DNA of 64,000 nucleotides from a virus (lineage: Duplodnaviria; Heunggongvirae; Uroviricota; Caudoviricetes), in IMG/VR virus record IMGVR_UViG_3300027819_000007, positions 19,787-83,786 of that record; one strand, 5' to 3'. Shown in pieces: positions 44,827 to 53,419 of the stretch. Every line of letters starts with the position of its first letter. Positions within the stretch are counted from its first letter, which is position 1. The notes beneath the pieces are model-generated. The model searched no databases, had not been told where the DNA came from, and worked only from the letters and a program-made list of their open reading frames with translations. The position numbers were made by a program, and so were the translations under genes.

Positions 44827-45783
44827 TCACTTGGAGTCCCCCTTCCCTCGAAGGATCTTGGTCATCTGACGATCGATGACCGTCCAATACTCCACCACCT
44901 TCTCCACCTCTTCTGGGGGAATCTGCAACTGAGAGAAGGAAGTAGCTTCTTCCAACACTTTGCGGAGGGAGGTCATGTACGACAGGAACTTCCTTCTCAC
45001 CGAAGTGTTGAACGGAACCTTGACCGTTTCCTGGGGTTCGTGTCGGTCCTGGAAGATCTTCTCCCACCGTTCCACTTCGGCAATCCGTTGGGCTTCGGTT
45101 TCCTTCCGCTTCACGTCATTGATCACTGCTTTCGCATCGTCCCCCACCACTTCGTACTTCTTCAGGAAGCGGGTAATCTCCCGTAGGACGTTGACACTCT
45201 CTTGTAAGGGGGAGAGCATGACCAGGGTGGTTCGAGTAAACCCATTGGGATTGACTCCCTGCTCCTGGATCTTCTTGGACACCAAAACGGCTCGCATGTG
45301 TTGGCTGATCCACTCATACTTCAACCCCAACAACTTCCCCGCGTCCTTCACATCCATGCGGTGGGTTTCAATCAAATGCTGAGCATTGAGGAGCAGTTCC
45401 TCACGGGTCGGTCTGTGTCCTTCCCAAGCATTGACGATACGTGGGAGAATGTCACTGAGCCGAGGGTCGGTGATGGAAACCGCATAGGCTTCCAAGGTGG
45501 TCTCCCCCACGAGGTGAGCCGCCCTCACCCGATGGTTCCCCGACCAGATGAACACGAAGTTCTTGAGCTTGTTGAGGATGGGCATGGGAAACGCAGCTCC
45601 TGGTTGCTGCATCCCCTCAGCATACTCCAGTACCCAATCATCGTTGATCTTCTTGCCTAGCCGCACTTGTCGGTTGGCACTTTCCTCCAGATCGATGTTC
45701 TTGATCTCGAAGGTGAGCACCTCGAAGGTGATACCCAACCGCTTGAGGTGATGCTCAACCCTTTGATCTTTGATCCACTTCAT
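44827..45783 (-). CDS. ParB-like N-terminal domain protein
   Basis: FPMPIL...IWSGNHRVRAA, followed by an HTH-like DAGKLLGLKYEWISQH. Confidence 0.7.
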   Translation of the reverse strand: MKWIKDQRVEHHLKRLGITFEVLTFEIKNIDLEESANRQVRLGKKINDDWVLEYAEGMQQPGAAFPMPILNKLKNFVFIWSGNHRVRAAHLVGETTLEAYAVSITDPRLSDILPRIVNAWEGHRPTREELLLNAQHLIETHRMDVKDAGKLLGLKYEWISQHMRAVLVSKKIQEQGVNPNGFTRTTLVMLSPLQESVNVLREITRFLKKYEVVGDDAKAVINDVKRKETEAQRIAEVERWEKIFQDRHEPQETVKVPFNTSVRRKFLSYMTSLRKVLEEATSFSQLQIPPEEVEKVVEYWTVIDRQMTKILRGKGDSK

Positions 45784-45816
45784 CTTGGTTCTCCTTGTGT
45801 TGAAGTAACGGTTGCT

Positions 45817-46269
45817 CTACCAGTTGCCACCTTGACAACTGAGTTCTCCGAACTGACACACGCCACACAACCTGGTCTGCTTCACCACGGGCTTGTCCCC
45901 GCAGGACGTACACTCACAATCCCAATCCTGCACTGCCTCCTCAACCTTCTTGGTGGTGGTATTGAAGAAGGTTCTGTGCTTAACCTGCTTCTTGGTCACG
46001 ACGGATTGGGGAATGAATACCATACAACCATTCGGATAGTAGGTTGCGAAATACACATCCTTCCTTTTGAATAGCTGGTAATGCCCCTTGACGAGGTAAA
46101 CCTCTTTGCTTTCAACTCTGAATTGGTTTTTGACCACCTTCATGGCATTGCCTGTGGTAGCAGAAGGGAACTGCCTGACTGGAACATACCCTACTGGGGC
46201 ATGTTTCATACAAGCCTCCACGAGCAGAGGATGGTCTAGCTTGCCTGCGGTAACTGCATGGTTCTGCAT
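45817..46269 (-). CDS. Hypothetical protein with C-terminal Zn ribbon
   Basis: CTSC...CGVC; leader motif upstream. Confidence 0.55.
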   Translation of the reverse strand: MQNHAVTAGKLDHPLLVEACMKHAPVGYVPVRQFPSATTGNAMKVVKNQFRVESKEVYLVKGHYQLFKRKDVYFATYYPNGCMVFIPQSVVTKKQVKHRTFFNTTTKKVEEAVQDWDCECTSCGDKPVVKQTRLCGVCQFGELSCQGGNW

Positions 46270-46320
46270 GGGTGGTTCTCCTTGTGTTGGAAACGGATAG
46301 GCTACCACAATAGTATTATT

Positions 46321-46560
46321 CTACATCCTGCGAATTTGCAGGGGACTCACCAATTCTTCCAAGGGAGCAATCCCTTGCAGGGAAGCCAACTGGACCTTAT
46401 CCTTGACGTAACGGTAAAAGCGTAATGCTTCCCCGTGGATGTCAGACCAGACTGCTTCCCCCTTGCGATAAGGACACCACTGCAAAGACTCGTCGTTGGC
46501 TAGCTCTTCTACAGTGAACTGACGTTTTTTCTCCTTGAGGGGTTTCTTCTTTTTCTTCAT
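46321..46560 (-). CDS. Small basic hypothetical protein
   Basis: ORF track. Confidence 0.45.
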   Translation of the reverse strand: MKKKKKPLKEKKRQFTVEELANDESLQWCPYRKGEAVWSDIHGEALRFYRYVKDKVQLASLQGIAPLEELVSPLQIRRM

Positions 46561-46571
46561 GAGTAGTTCTC

Positions 46572-46880
46572 CTAGAATGGTAGGAAGAAGTTGTCGTACA
46601 ACGGCCCATCGAAAATGGCATCGAGGAAGTTATACAAATCGAGGACTCCTCCCCCACGTTCAGTGGCCAAATCCTCGGCTTCTGATCCTGAAACGAGTTC
46701 ACTCTGTTCCATATCATTTAGGGAAGCAGCAGCCTGCTCAAGAAGGGGAGCATTACTGGGCCACACCCATTGTGAACGAGGCCTCATTCTTATGTCGCTG
46801 TCAAAAGCCAAGTCTTCGATCATGGTTGTCAAGATCGGGTAGTGAACAAGCTTCCGACCTCTTTCGTCAAATTTCACCAT
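46572..46880 (-). CDS. Hypothetical protein
   Basis: ORF track, GGAG SD. Confidence 0.5.
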   Translation of the reverse strand: MVKFDERGRKLVHYPILTTMIEDLAFDSDIRMRPRSQWVWPSNAPLLEQAAASLNDMEQSELVSGSEAEDLATERGGGVLDLYNFLDAIFDGPLYDNFFLPF

Positions 46881-46906
46881 TAGAATGCTCCTTTAGAGTA
46901 AGAGAA

Positions 46907-46929
46907 GGGAGGGGAATAGTTCCCCTCCC
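46907..46929 (-). terminator. Hairpin terminator candidate
   Basis: GGGAGGGGAA-TAG-TTCCCCTCCC, a perfect 10-bp stem downstream of 46960-48099. Confidence 0.55.
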
Positions 46930-46959
46930 ATGTAAACTACCCAATTCCTCCACGGAAGA

Positions 46960-48099
46960 CTAGCCCACCACGGAGAAGTTCCCTTCCGCGTCCTTGACGA
47001 ACTTCCCCTTCTTCACCCAGTAGTTGCAGTGGGTCCGCACGCGGGCTTCATCCACTCCACAAGCCGTTGCGATGGTGACCACGGACTGAGGAGTGGAGGA
47101 GAGAATGGCATTGATCTTGGCAGGAACTCCACCTTCGCGAGAACCGGAACTCTGACGAACCTTCTTTTCTTTCATCTCGCGAGGTTGACTCATCGAATCC
47201 GTTTTCACCTGCAACAGATGCAGTTTAGCTCGTTCGGCTTCCTTGAGTCGCTTGACAGCGTTGGTCTCAACCCCCTTGCGGCGGTGATACTTCACCACAC
47301 TGTCGAAAGCCACTTCGAGGGACTTCATGTCATTCTGGATGATCTGGTCTTCAGAAGCTTCGGCGGCAATCTTGGCGATGGACACGAACCGGGCATTCTC
47401 CCCCTTGATGCGAACCACGGTATACGTACCACAGGCGGTCCGCCACACTTCATGTTCTGCACCATCACCCAGACTGGACTTCTCAGTGACCGAAGCCAAC
47501 CACACCAGTTCCCGTGCTACCGTGTTGGTATCCACCCGTTCCAGGGATGCCTGCTGGGCTTCGGCAATCCGTTGGGGAGTGGCATCTTCCGGGACCAAAC
47601 CCTGCTCGGCCAGGAACTTGGCCCAGTCTTCCTGACCGTTGAGATCCATGGCCTGGCGACCGTGCCGCCACAACACCTCATTCAGCCGTTGCTGGATCTC
47701 CTCTTCACTCTGAGGGATGGTAGGGGCCAAAATTCCGTGTTTCTGTTTCCTGGCTTCCTCCAGCTTCTTGTCATAGTCGGCCAGTTGACCCTTCATAGAA
47801 GGAGTGACCTGCATCTCCCGTTCCAACTTGGGGTGCAGGGACAGGAAGTGGTCGAACACCGTGCCTTCGATACGGATGGAAGAAGCGTACTGCTCCAGGG
47901 TTTCCACGTCACTCGGTTGGGTGGGGGCTTCGTCCTGCTGGATGGCTTCGGTCTGGGTAGGGGTTTCGTCCTGCACTTCCTGTTGGGGCTTTGGCTCTTC
48001 AACCAAAGGGGTCTCGGTGATCGGAACTAGCTTACCGTTGACCTTGGACTTGCTCTTCTGGGCTTTTCGCTGGGTCTTCTTGGTCTTGGTAGTGCTCAT
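46960..48099 (-). CDS. Early protein with C-terminal winged-HTH
   Basis: GGVPAKINAIL...VTIATACGVDEARVRTHCNYW; leader and promoter upstream. Confidence 0.65.
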   Translation of the reverse strand: MSTTKTKKTQRKAQKSKSKVNGKLVPITETPLVEEPKPQQEVQDETPTQTEAIQQDEAPTQPSDVETLEQYASSIRIEGTVFDHFLSLHPKLEREMQVTPSMKGQLADYDKKLEEARKQKHGILAPTIPQSEEEIQQRLNEVLWRHGRQAMDLNGQEDWAKFLAEQGLVPEDATPQRIAEAQQASLERVDTNTVARELVWLASVTEKSSLGDGAEHEVWRTACGTYTVVRIKGENARFVSIAKIAAEASEDQIIQNDMKSLEVAFDSVVKYHRRKGVETNAVKRLKEAERAKLHLLQVKTDSMSQPREMKEKKVRQSSGSREGGVPAKINAILSSTPQSVVTIATACGVDEARVRTHCNYWVKKGKFVKDAEGNFSVVG

Positions 48100-48172
48100 A
48101 CTTTCGTTCTCCTTGTGTTGGGTTGAGATTTCTTTGGCTCAGGGACCAGTTCCCCTCGCCTCGTACATATTA

Positions 48173-48201
48173 ACTATATAACGCGGATAAGCTTTTGTCA
48201 A
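48173..48201 (-). promoter_or_regulatory. Sigma70-like promoter
   Basis: TTGACA-N17-TATAGT. Confidence 0.65.
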
Positions 48202-48309
48202 GTCAAATTGACAGAATTCCACGAAAGTTTTTCTCTCCTTGTTTGGAGCGACTAATTCTCTATAGAGTATAGGGAAGTGCTCCGAGATAAATATTACGAG
48301 GTATGAAAA

Positions 48310-48735
48310 ATGGATACCACACAATGTCAACACTGCAAAATCCGCAAAGTGAAGAGGAGGGTTCTCCAACTCTGCTTCACTTGTTACTATACTCCTGAAC
48401 TACGAACTCGGTATGAACAGGAGGTGTACGACGACCAGGGCATTCCTTCTCTTAGAGGAGGAACGAGAAAACAAAGTGAAGCCGAAAAGTTACGGAAGAG
48501 GAAACTTCGACGCTACCTTCGCTCTTCTTGTGAAGATAATGAAGAAGTAGTTGCCTATCAACCTAAATCGAAACCTGTTCCTACTCCTTATCTTCCAGGT
48601 TCCCTTGAAAAGATTGAAGTTCTTCAAGAACGCATTGCTAACCGCGAAGAATTATTCCATCCGGAAGATAAGCAATATGAGTGGCAGGAAGAAAGTCCTA
48701 CTGAGGAAATAAGGCTAGCGAGTGAGGCATCATGA
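48310..48735 (+). CDS. Hypothetical protein (CxxC...CxxC; PTPYLPGSLEKIEVL motif)
   Basis: First gene of the divergent plus-strand unit. Confidence 0.6.
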   Translation: MDTTQCQHCKIRKVKRRVLQLCFTCYYTPELRTRYEQEVYDDQGIPSLRGGTRKQSEAEKLRKRKLRRYLRSSCEDNEEVVAYQPKSKPVPTPYLPGSLEKIEVLQERIANREELFHPEDKQYEWQEESPTEEIRLASEAS

Positions 48736-49232
48736 AAAATAAAAGACGAGTTCCCTACTGTCCTTCCAACGGATGTTTCATGCTTAATGGAGCAGCCTCC
48801 ATGAAAGTTAGGGAAAGTCCCGTTATCTGTCCTCATTGTGGGAAAAGTTACCGGAATCTATACAAACTGTGTCCCATATGCGCTCACTGCCGAGAGTGTG
48901 GTCGGATGGGGAAGAGAGTTTATCTTACCTTAAAGATCATGAGTGAGGAGCAACTCACCACGTTAAGAGGAATCTCCTTGGCGGTCGAGGAAGGGGATCA
49001 GGGAGCAAAGGATGCCTGGCATGACTTTCTGTGCGAATTGGGCTATCCTCTTGCTGCCAATACTCATCGTTATGATTGTCTTAGTCGAGGGGAGTCCTGT
49101 ATCCTGATCTATGGGTGGATTTTAGGGAAGAAGTTTCCTGGTGAGAACTGGAATTATGATCGGGTTTCCCTATCGCTATTATTCCAACAAGAAGAAAAGA
49201 TGAGGGCGGACAATGTCGAAAAAGAACCTTAA
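48732..49232 (+). CDS. Zn-finger plus WHDFLCELG-motif protein
   Basis: CPHC, CPIC/CREC; C-half paralogous to 50973-51254. Confidence 0.55.
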   Translation: MKNKRRVPYCPSNGCFMLNGAASMKVRESPVICPHCGKSYRNLYKLCPICAHCRECGRMGKRVYLTLKIMSEEQLTTLRGISLAVEEGDQGAKDAWHDFLCELGYPLAANTHRYDCLSRGESCILIYGWILGKKFPGENWNYDRVSLSLLFQQEEKMRADNVEKEP

Positions 49233-49803
49233 TCAACAAGAATTTGGCTTCTTACACTCCATCGTCAAGGGAGATACCTTAGCCCGTTTCCCTTACTCTG
49301 ATTGGCTCGAAGAGCAAGGAAGGGTTGACGAAGCAATAGAACAACGAAAACTTGCAGGGTTGGTAAGGAAGATATTCTTTCATCCTGCTTGGGATAGGAC
49401 GAGTGAGGATCCTAACAAGAACTATGGCATTCATGGGGTAGAGATCAAGATGGGTGTGGTGGGTTCAAAAGGTGCCGTGGTCTTTACTCTGTTCACCAAC
49501 TGGATGCTGTCTTTTTTGGAAGAGGGAGATCATGCCTTGGCCCCCATGCTTCCTCGTCATGGGGAACGGATGTTACTTCCCTATCCTGCTGATCTTGGAT
49601 TTCATGAAGCAGTTTCTCAAGAAACAGAGGGAGTAGAGGAGTGTGAATGGCTCGGAGGAAGAAAGTGTTCCTATGATGGTTCTGGTCTTGCAGCCAATCA
49701 AGTGTGGATCTTGTTAGTGAAGCAAGGCCATGAAGCGGTATGGAAGGACTTGGAAGAACGGTATAGGAAGCAATGGGGAGACGTGATTATTCCGCACCAC
49801 TAA
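49213..49803 (+). CDS. TIGR02996-like domain protein
   Basis: ARFPYSDWLEEQG; last codons are supplied by the IS right end. Confidence 0.6.
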   Translation: MSKKNLNQQEFGFLHSIVKGDTLARFPYSDWLEEQGRVDEAIEQRKLAGLVRKIFFHPAWDRTSEDPNKNYGIHGVEIKMGVVGSKGAVVFTLFTNWMLSFLEEGDHALAPMLPRHGERMLLPYPADLGFHEAVSQETEGVEECEWLGGRKCSYDGSGLAANQVWILLVKQGHEAVWKDLEERYRKQWGDVIIPHH

Positions 49804-49846
49804 AGTGATGTAGCTTCTTGAGACCGAAGTCCCTGACCATGTAATC
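49783..49846 (-). mobile_element. IS605-like right end (copy 1)
   Basis: GAAGCTACATCAC-TTTA-GTGGTG hairpin followed by ...AATCAC end. Confidence 0.75.
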
Positions 49847-50936
49847 CCAGGGTCAAAATGTTACGAGCAGCATTGAGATCACGGTTCAGAACAAGTTGAC
49901 AACATGGACATCGGTAAACTCGCTCTTGCAGATCGAGTTTCTGTCGGTGTCCACATCCCGAACAGGTCTGACTTGTGTAAGCCGGATTTACCTTAACAAT
50001 TGTTCGACCAGCATTTGCAGCTTTGAAGAACAACAAGGTAAAGAATAGTGACCATGCTGCATCACTAATTGACTTTGCAAGACATGAATTATGAACCATA
50101 TGGTTCACTTCTAAGTCTTCTACTGCAATGAATCCAAACTTGTTGATGGTCTTGTTAGCTGTTTGATAGGCAAAGTTCTTCCTTCTAAAAGCAATACGTT
50201 CATGAATACGAGCGACAGGCTTCCGTCTTTTCTGTCGTTCGGGAGTTCCTTTTTCTGTTTTGGAGAATTTACGTTGGACCTTAGCCAGCTCTTTTTCGTC
50301 GGTACGGAAGAATCTTGGATTGTCAACGGCCTCTCCTGTAGAAAGAGTAGCAAAGGTAGTTAGCCCAACATCGATTCCAACTTGTGTTTTGTTTTCCCTT
50401 AGTGGCTTGGGTTGTTTGACTTCGCAGGAAACCGAAGCATACCACTTATGGGTTGGAGTTCTTCTTATGGTGCAAGTTTTGATTTTACCCTCTATAGGCC
50501 GATGGAGAACTATTTTGACAGCACCGACTTTCGATATTCGTAAAAATCCATCACTTAGTTTGAAACCATTTGGGACTTGTGGAAACGTCATACTATCATA
50601 ACGATACTTTCCTCTAAATCGTGGGTATCCTGGTTTCTCTCCTGCTTTGCAACGGCGGAAAAATGCCTTGAAAGATAGATCGATCCTAACAGCAACATTT
50701 TGTAATACTTGAGAGTAGACAACTTTTAGAGAAGGACGGTCTTTTTTGAGATTTGGAATAGTGTTTTGTTGGTCATATAGACCTGGAGACTGTTTCGTTT
50801 TCTCATAAGTTGTCTTTCGTTCTTCCAGAAAATGATTGTACAACCAACGACATTCCTCTAGTTGGCTTTCAAGGATTGTTTCTTGTGCCTTGGTTGGAAA
50901 TAATCGGTACTGGAAGGTTTTACGCATTCCAGTCAT
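49800..50936 (-). CDS. tnpB: IS200/IS605-family RNA-guided endonuclease TnpB
   Basis: KTFQYRLFPT HTH, GIDVG (RuvC-I), AVEDL (RuvC-II), TSQTCSGCG/CPCC, NRDLNAARNI (RuvC-III). Confidence 0.95.
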   Translation of the reverse strand: MTGMRKTFQYRLFPTKAQETILESQLEECRWLYNHFLEERKTTYEKTKQSPGLYDQQNTIPNLKKDRPSLKVVYSQVLQNVAVRIDLSFKAFFRRCKAGEKPGYPRFRGKYRYDSMTFPQVPNGFKLSDGFLRISKVGAVKIVLHRPIEGKIKTCTIRRTPTHKWYASVSCEVKQPKPLRENKTQVGIDVGLTTFATLSTGEAVDNPRFFRTDEKELAKVQRKFSKTEKGTPERQKRRKPVARIHERIAFRRKNFAYQTANKTINKFGFIAVEDLEVNHMVHNSCLAKSISDAAWSLFFTLLFFKAANAGRTIVKVNPAYTSQTCSGCGHRQKLDLQERVYRCPCCQLVLNRDLNAARNILTLGLHGQGLRSQEATSL

Positions 50937-50972
50937 TTTAACTTAAATTAACGAGAAGGCAAGGGGAGACGT

Positions 50973-51254
50973 ATGACGAAAGAACAGTATGCTACCTTGA
51001 ATATACTTTCTCAAGCCATCGTGGACAAGGATGAAAGTGCCAAGGCTCCCTGGCATGACCTTCTCTGTGAGTGTGGCTATCCCACTCTGGCAGGGAAACA
51101 CTTAGAAGGTTGTCTGCAAATAGGGAACTCTACCTGTGCCATAGTAGCTGAGTTGTTGAACTTCAGCAACAAGAGATTGGGAGAGATTAAGGCAAAGTTT
51201 CATAAGGAAGAGAGAGAATGGATTGAAAGTATCAGGAAGAAATCATCAAGTTGA
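50973..51254 (+). CDS. Hypothetical protein, paralog of the C-half of 48732-49232
   Basis: AKAPWHDLLCECGYP aligns with AKDAWHDFLCELGYP. Confidence 0.6.
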   Translation: MTKEQYATLNILSQAIVDKDESAKAPWHDLLCECGYPTLAGKHLEGCLQIGNSTCAIVAELLNFSNKRLGEIKAKFHKEEREWIESIRKKSSS

Positions 51255-51421
51255 CACACTTTTCGCAACATACCCATTATCTTCTTAGAGATATTGCCAC
51301 AGGAACAGGATTTCTTGGATACTCACAATGTAAGTGGGGATGGGAATGAGAATATGAGAAATTTCTTACAGGAGGAAGAACTTTATTGTTCAATGGGAGG
51401 AACTACCACTCCTGATTGAAA

Positions 51422-51485
51422 GATTACATGGTCAGGGACTTCGGTCTCAAGAAGCTACATCACTTTAGTGGTGTGGAGTAATCAC
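51422..51485 (+). mobile_element. Second IS605-like right end (inverted copy)
   Basis: 51422-51473 is the exact reverse complement of 49795-49846 (52 bp); similarity extends to TCAC with 2 mismatches. Confidence 0.85.
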
Positions 51486-52033
51486 CCGATCTTAACGTAA
51501 TTTTTCTTGTGAGCCTTGTCACTTCCTCTTACCCGCAAGATGTCCCAACAAGCTCCTCCGTGTGAACCTGCTGTAGCAAGAGCCTCGGCTTCTTGTTCAC
51601 TGACGCCGAAATACTTGTAAAGTCCAGATTTGTACTTCACTACCAACTCATGACTTTTGATACTGTACTGGAAACTCACCACGTTGGAGCTTGTAACAGG
51701 GAGAACTATCCCGGCAAAGAGATAGTCGGCAACAATTCTATTCGGGTAGTGCTCCCACCGATCCAGGTACTCAGGAGGCAAAGATGGGCGTCCTACGCTT
51801 GCAGGGGACTTGGGTAGGGGGTAAGGGCTACCTTCCCCTTCCGGACGCGACCTGGACGATTCTGTAGGGGTTCCCTGGGGTGGTAATCCTGGAGGTAGAG
51901 ATAGTGGTGGAGCACTGATCCCCATATCAGGAGTAAACGAAGGTATACTACCACCTGGACTTGGAGCACTTGGAGCTTGAGGTGCGGAAGGAGGACTTGG
52001 TGCAGAGGGGGCAGCAGGAGGAGTATCAGCCAT
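51482..52033 (-). CDS. KTSC-domain protein with Pro/Ser-rich N-terminus
   Basis: SSNVVSFQYS...ELVVKYKSGLYKYFGV...L..AGSHG. Confidence 0.75.
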   Translation of the reverse strand: MADTPPAAPSAPSPPSAPQAPSAPSPGGSIPSFTPDMGISAPPLSLPPGLPPQGTPTESSRSRPEGEGSPYPLPKSPASVGRPSLPPEYLDRWEHYPNRIVADYLFAGIVLPVTSSNVVSFQYSIKSHELVVKYKSGLYKYFGVSEQEAEALATAGSHGGACWDILRVRGSDKAHKKNYVKIG

Positions 52034-52047
52034 GTTTCTTCACCTCA

Positions 52048-52404
52048 TTATGTAACGCCAACTCTAGGTAAGATATTGAGGAAGCCATAGTTCGTAATGG
52101 TTCTGAATCCAGAATCGGTTCTTTCAAGTTGGTAGACGTAAGGGGTAAAATCCAATCCTGAAGTGTCCACTGCATTAATGGCAATACTCAATATACCTTG
52201 TCCGCTATTCGTGATGGTAATTCCACTCACTCCACCACCATATCCTGAAGCAGTGTACTTCGTCATGAACCCACTAATCCCTCCGTATCGATGTTGAGCT
52301 TGGAATTTGAGGGACCATCCTCCAATAGCGGTGGGAGGAGCTAGAGATATGGTAAGGGAGGTGTCTTCTAGGGATTGCAGGGAAAGGGTATTTTCAACTG
52401 ACAT
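52048..52404 (-). CDS. Putative structural protein (BppU-N-like)
   Basis: Beta-rich, YVYQLERTDSG..T...G motif; tail context. Confidence 0.4.
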   Translation of the reverse strand: MSVENTLSLQSLEDTSLTISLAPPTAIGGWSLKFQAQHRYGGISGFMTKYTASGYGGGVSGITITNSGQGILSIAINAVDTSGLDFTPYVYQLERTDSGFRTITNYGFLNILPRVGVT

Positions 52405-52419
52405 TTTTCAGCTCCTTGG

Positions 52420-52806
52420 CTAATTCGTAACTTGCTGGACTGCTTTGGTAGCAGCATCATCAATGACAGCCATGATCTTGGTTTTTTGTTGTGCAGTAAG
52501 AGAACCATCTGTCCACTTGGAAGAAGCTCTTATTAGGAGAGCAGTCTTTACTTTATTAGACTCAATAATACCGTCCATCTTTTCTTCGATAGTAGGAGTT
52601 GCATCAAAGGACAAGATGATGGAAGCAGCTTGATCCTTTTGAGTTTGAGTGGGAGTGGTAGTCCACTGGACCATGATACATCCATCACTACGTGGATACC
52701 ATCCCTCTTCCCTCGTGGATTTGGAAAAAGCCAGTTCCTTAACAGGAAGTCCTGCTGCAATCAAAGTATCTTTCAATCTTCCAAGATCCATGAAATTACA
52801 TTCCAA
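52420..52806 (-). CDS. Hypothetical protein (tail fiber-associated)
   Basis: ORF downstream of the fiber genes. Confidence 0.5.
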   Translation of the reverse strand: MECNFMDLGRLKDTLIAAGLPVKELAFSKSTREEGWYPRSDGCIMVQWTTTPTQTQKDQAASIILSFDATPTIEEKMDGIIESNKVKTALLIRASSKWTDGSLTAQQKTKIMAVIDDAATKAVQQVTN

Positions 52807-53419
52807 AAAAGGTTGTAATCATACCTGCTCCGTAAGCATAAACTCCACCCGTGGCAATAGCTCCACCAGCATCTCCATAGTAAGTTGTGGTTCCTGTACT
52901 GGCAGTAGTTTCTACTCCGGTAATGACATGATAGCCTTGAGGAGAAGTATAAGCTGATTCTGCGGCAAGGTATTGAAACTGCCCGACCACGGTGTTTGCT
53001 ACAGTTGTTCTGGACCAATTAATACTCAAGGGGTCTGTGTCAAAAGAGATTGCTGCATGAGCAAAGGAAGAGTTAGCCCCGATCCCATTGATTGAAGATT
53101 TTACTGCCATTCCTGCAATGCCACAAATGTATTCATGCTTCCAACAAGAACAAGCAGCAGAGTTGATTTCCGTTACCGTTGCCCCTGCATGAGTCCAACT
53201 GTCAGTAGGATCGTAACGAATGATTTGTCGGATTGTTTGAGCATAAAGATTCCATAGGAATTTCCTACTAGTAATTCCCATATTGGAACTGGAAGTAGGA
53301 GATGGACCACCAGAATCCTCACAACTCCCCCCTCTTGCCGAAGCAGCATCCGTACTGGCAACGGTGCTAAGAGTTCCCAAATATCTACCTTGTTTCTCAG
53401 CAATTTGGTTGTATCCCAT
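52796..53419 (-). CDS. Putative tail fiber-associated protein
   Basis: G/T/S-rich, with a WNLYAQ...TDSWT..AT motif. Confidence 0.5.
   Translation of the reverse strand: MGYNQIAEKQGRYLGTLSTVASTDAASARGGSCEDSGGPSPTSSSNMGITSRKFLWNLYAQTIRQIIRYDPTDSWTHAGATVTEINSAACSCWKHEYICGIAGMAVKSSINGIGANSSFAHAAISFDTDPLSINWSRTTVANTVVGQFQYLAAESAYTSPQGYHVITGVETTASTGTTTYYGDAGGAIATGGVYAYGAGMITTFFGM

Noticed and set aside
2191-48030. Long plus-strand ORFs (2191-3318, 8350-9612, 42710-43453, 47029-48030 and others)
   Set aside because: Antisense shadows of well-supported minus-strand genes, with no motifs.
51255-51421. Remnant tnpB or tnpA upstream of the second right end
   Set aside because: Translations show no RuvC, Zn-finger or HUH motifs; only a short uninformative ORF.
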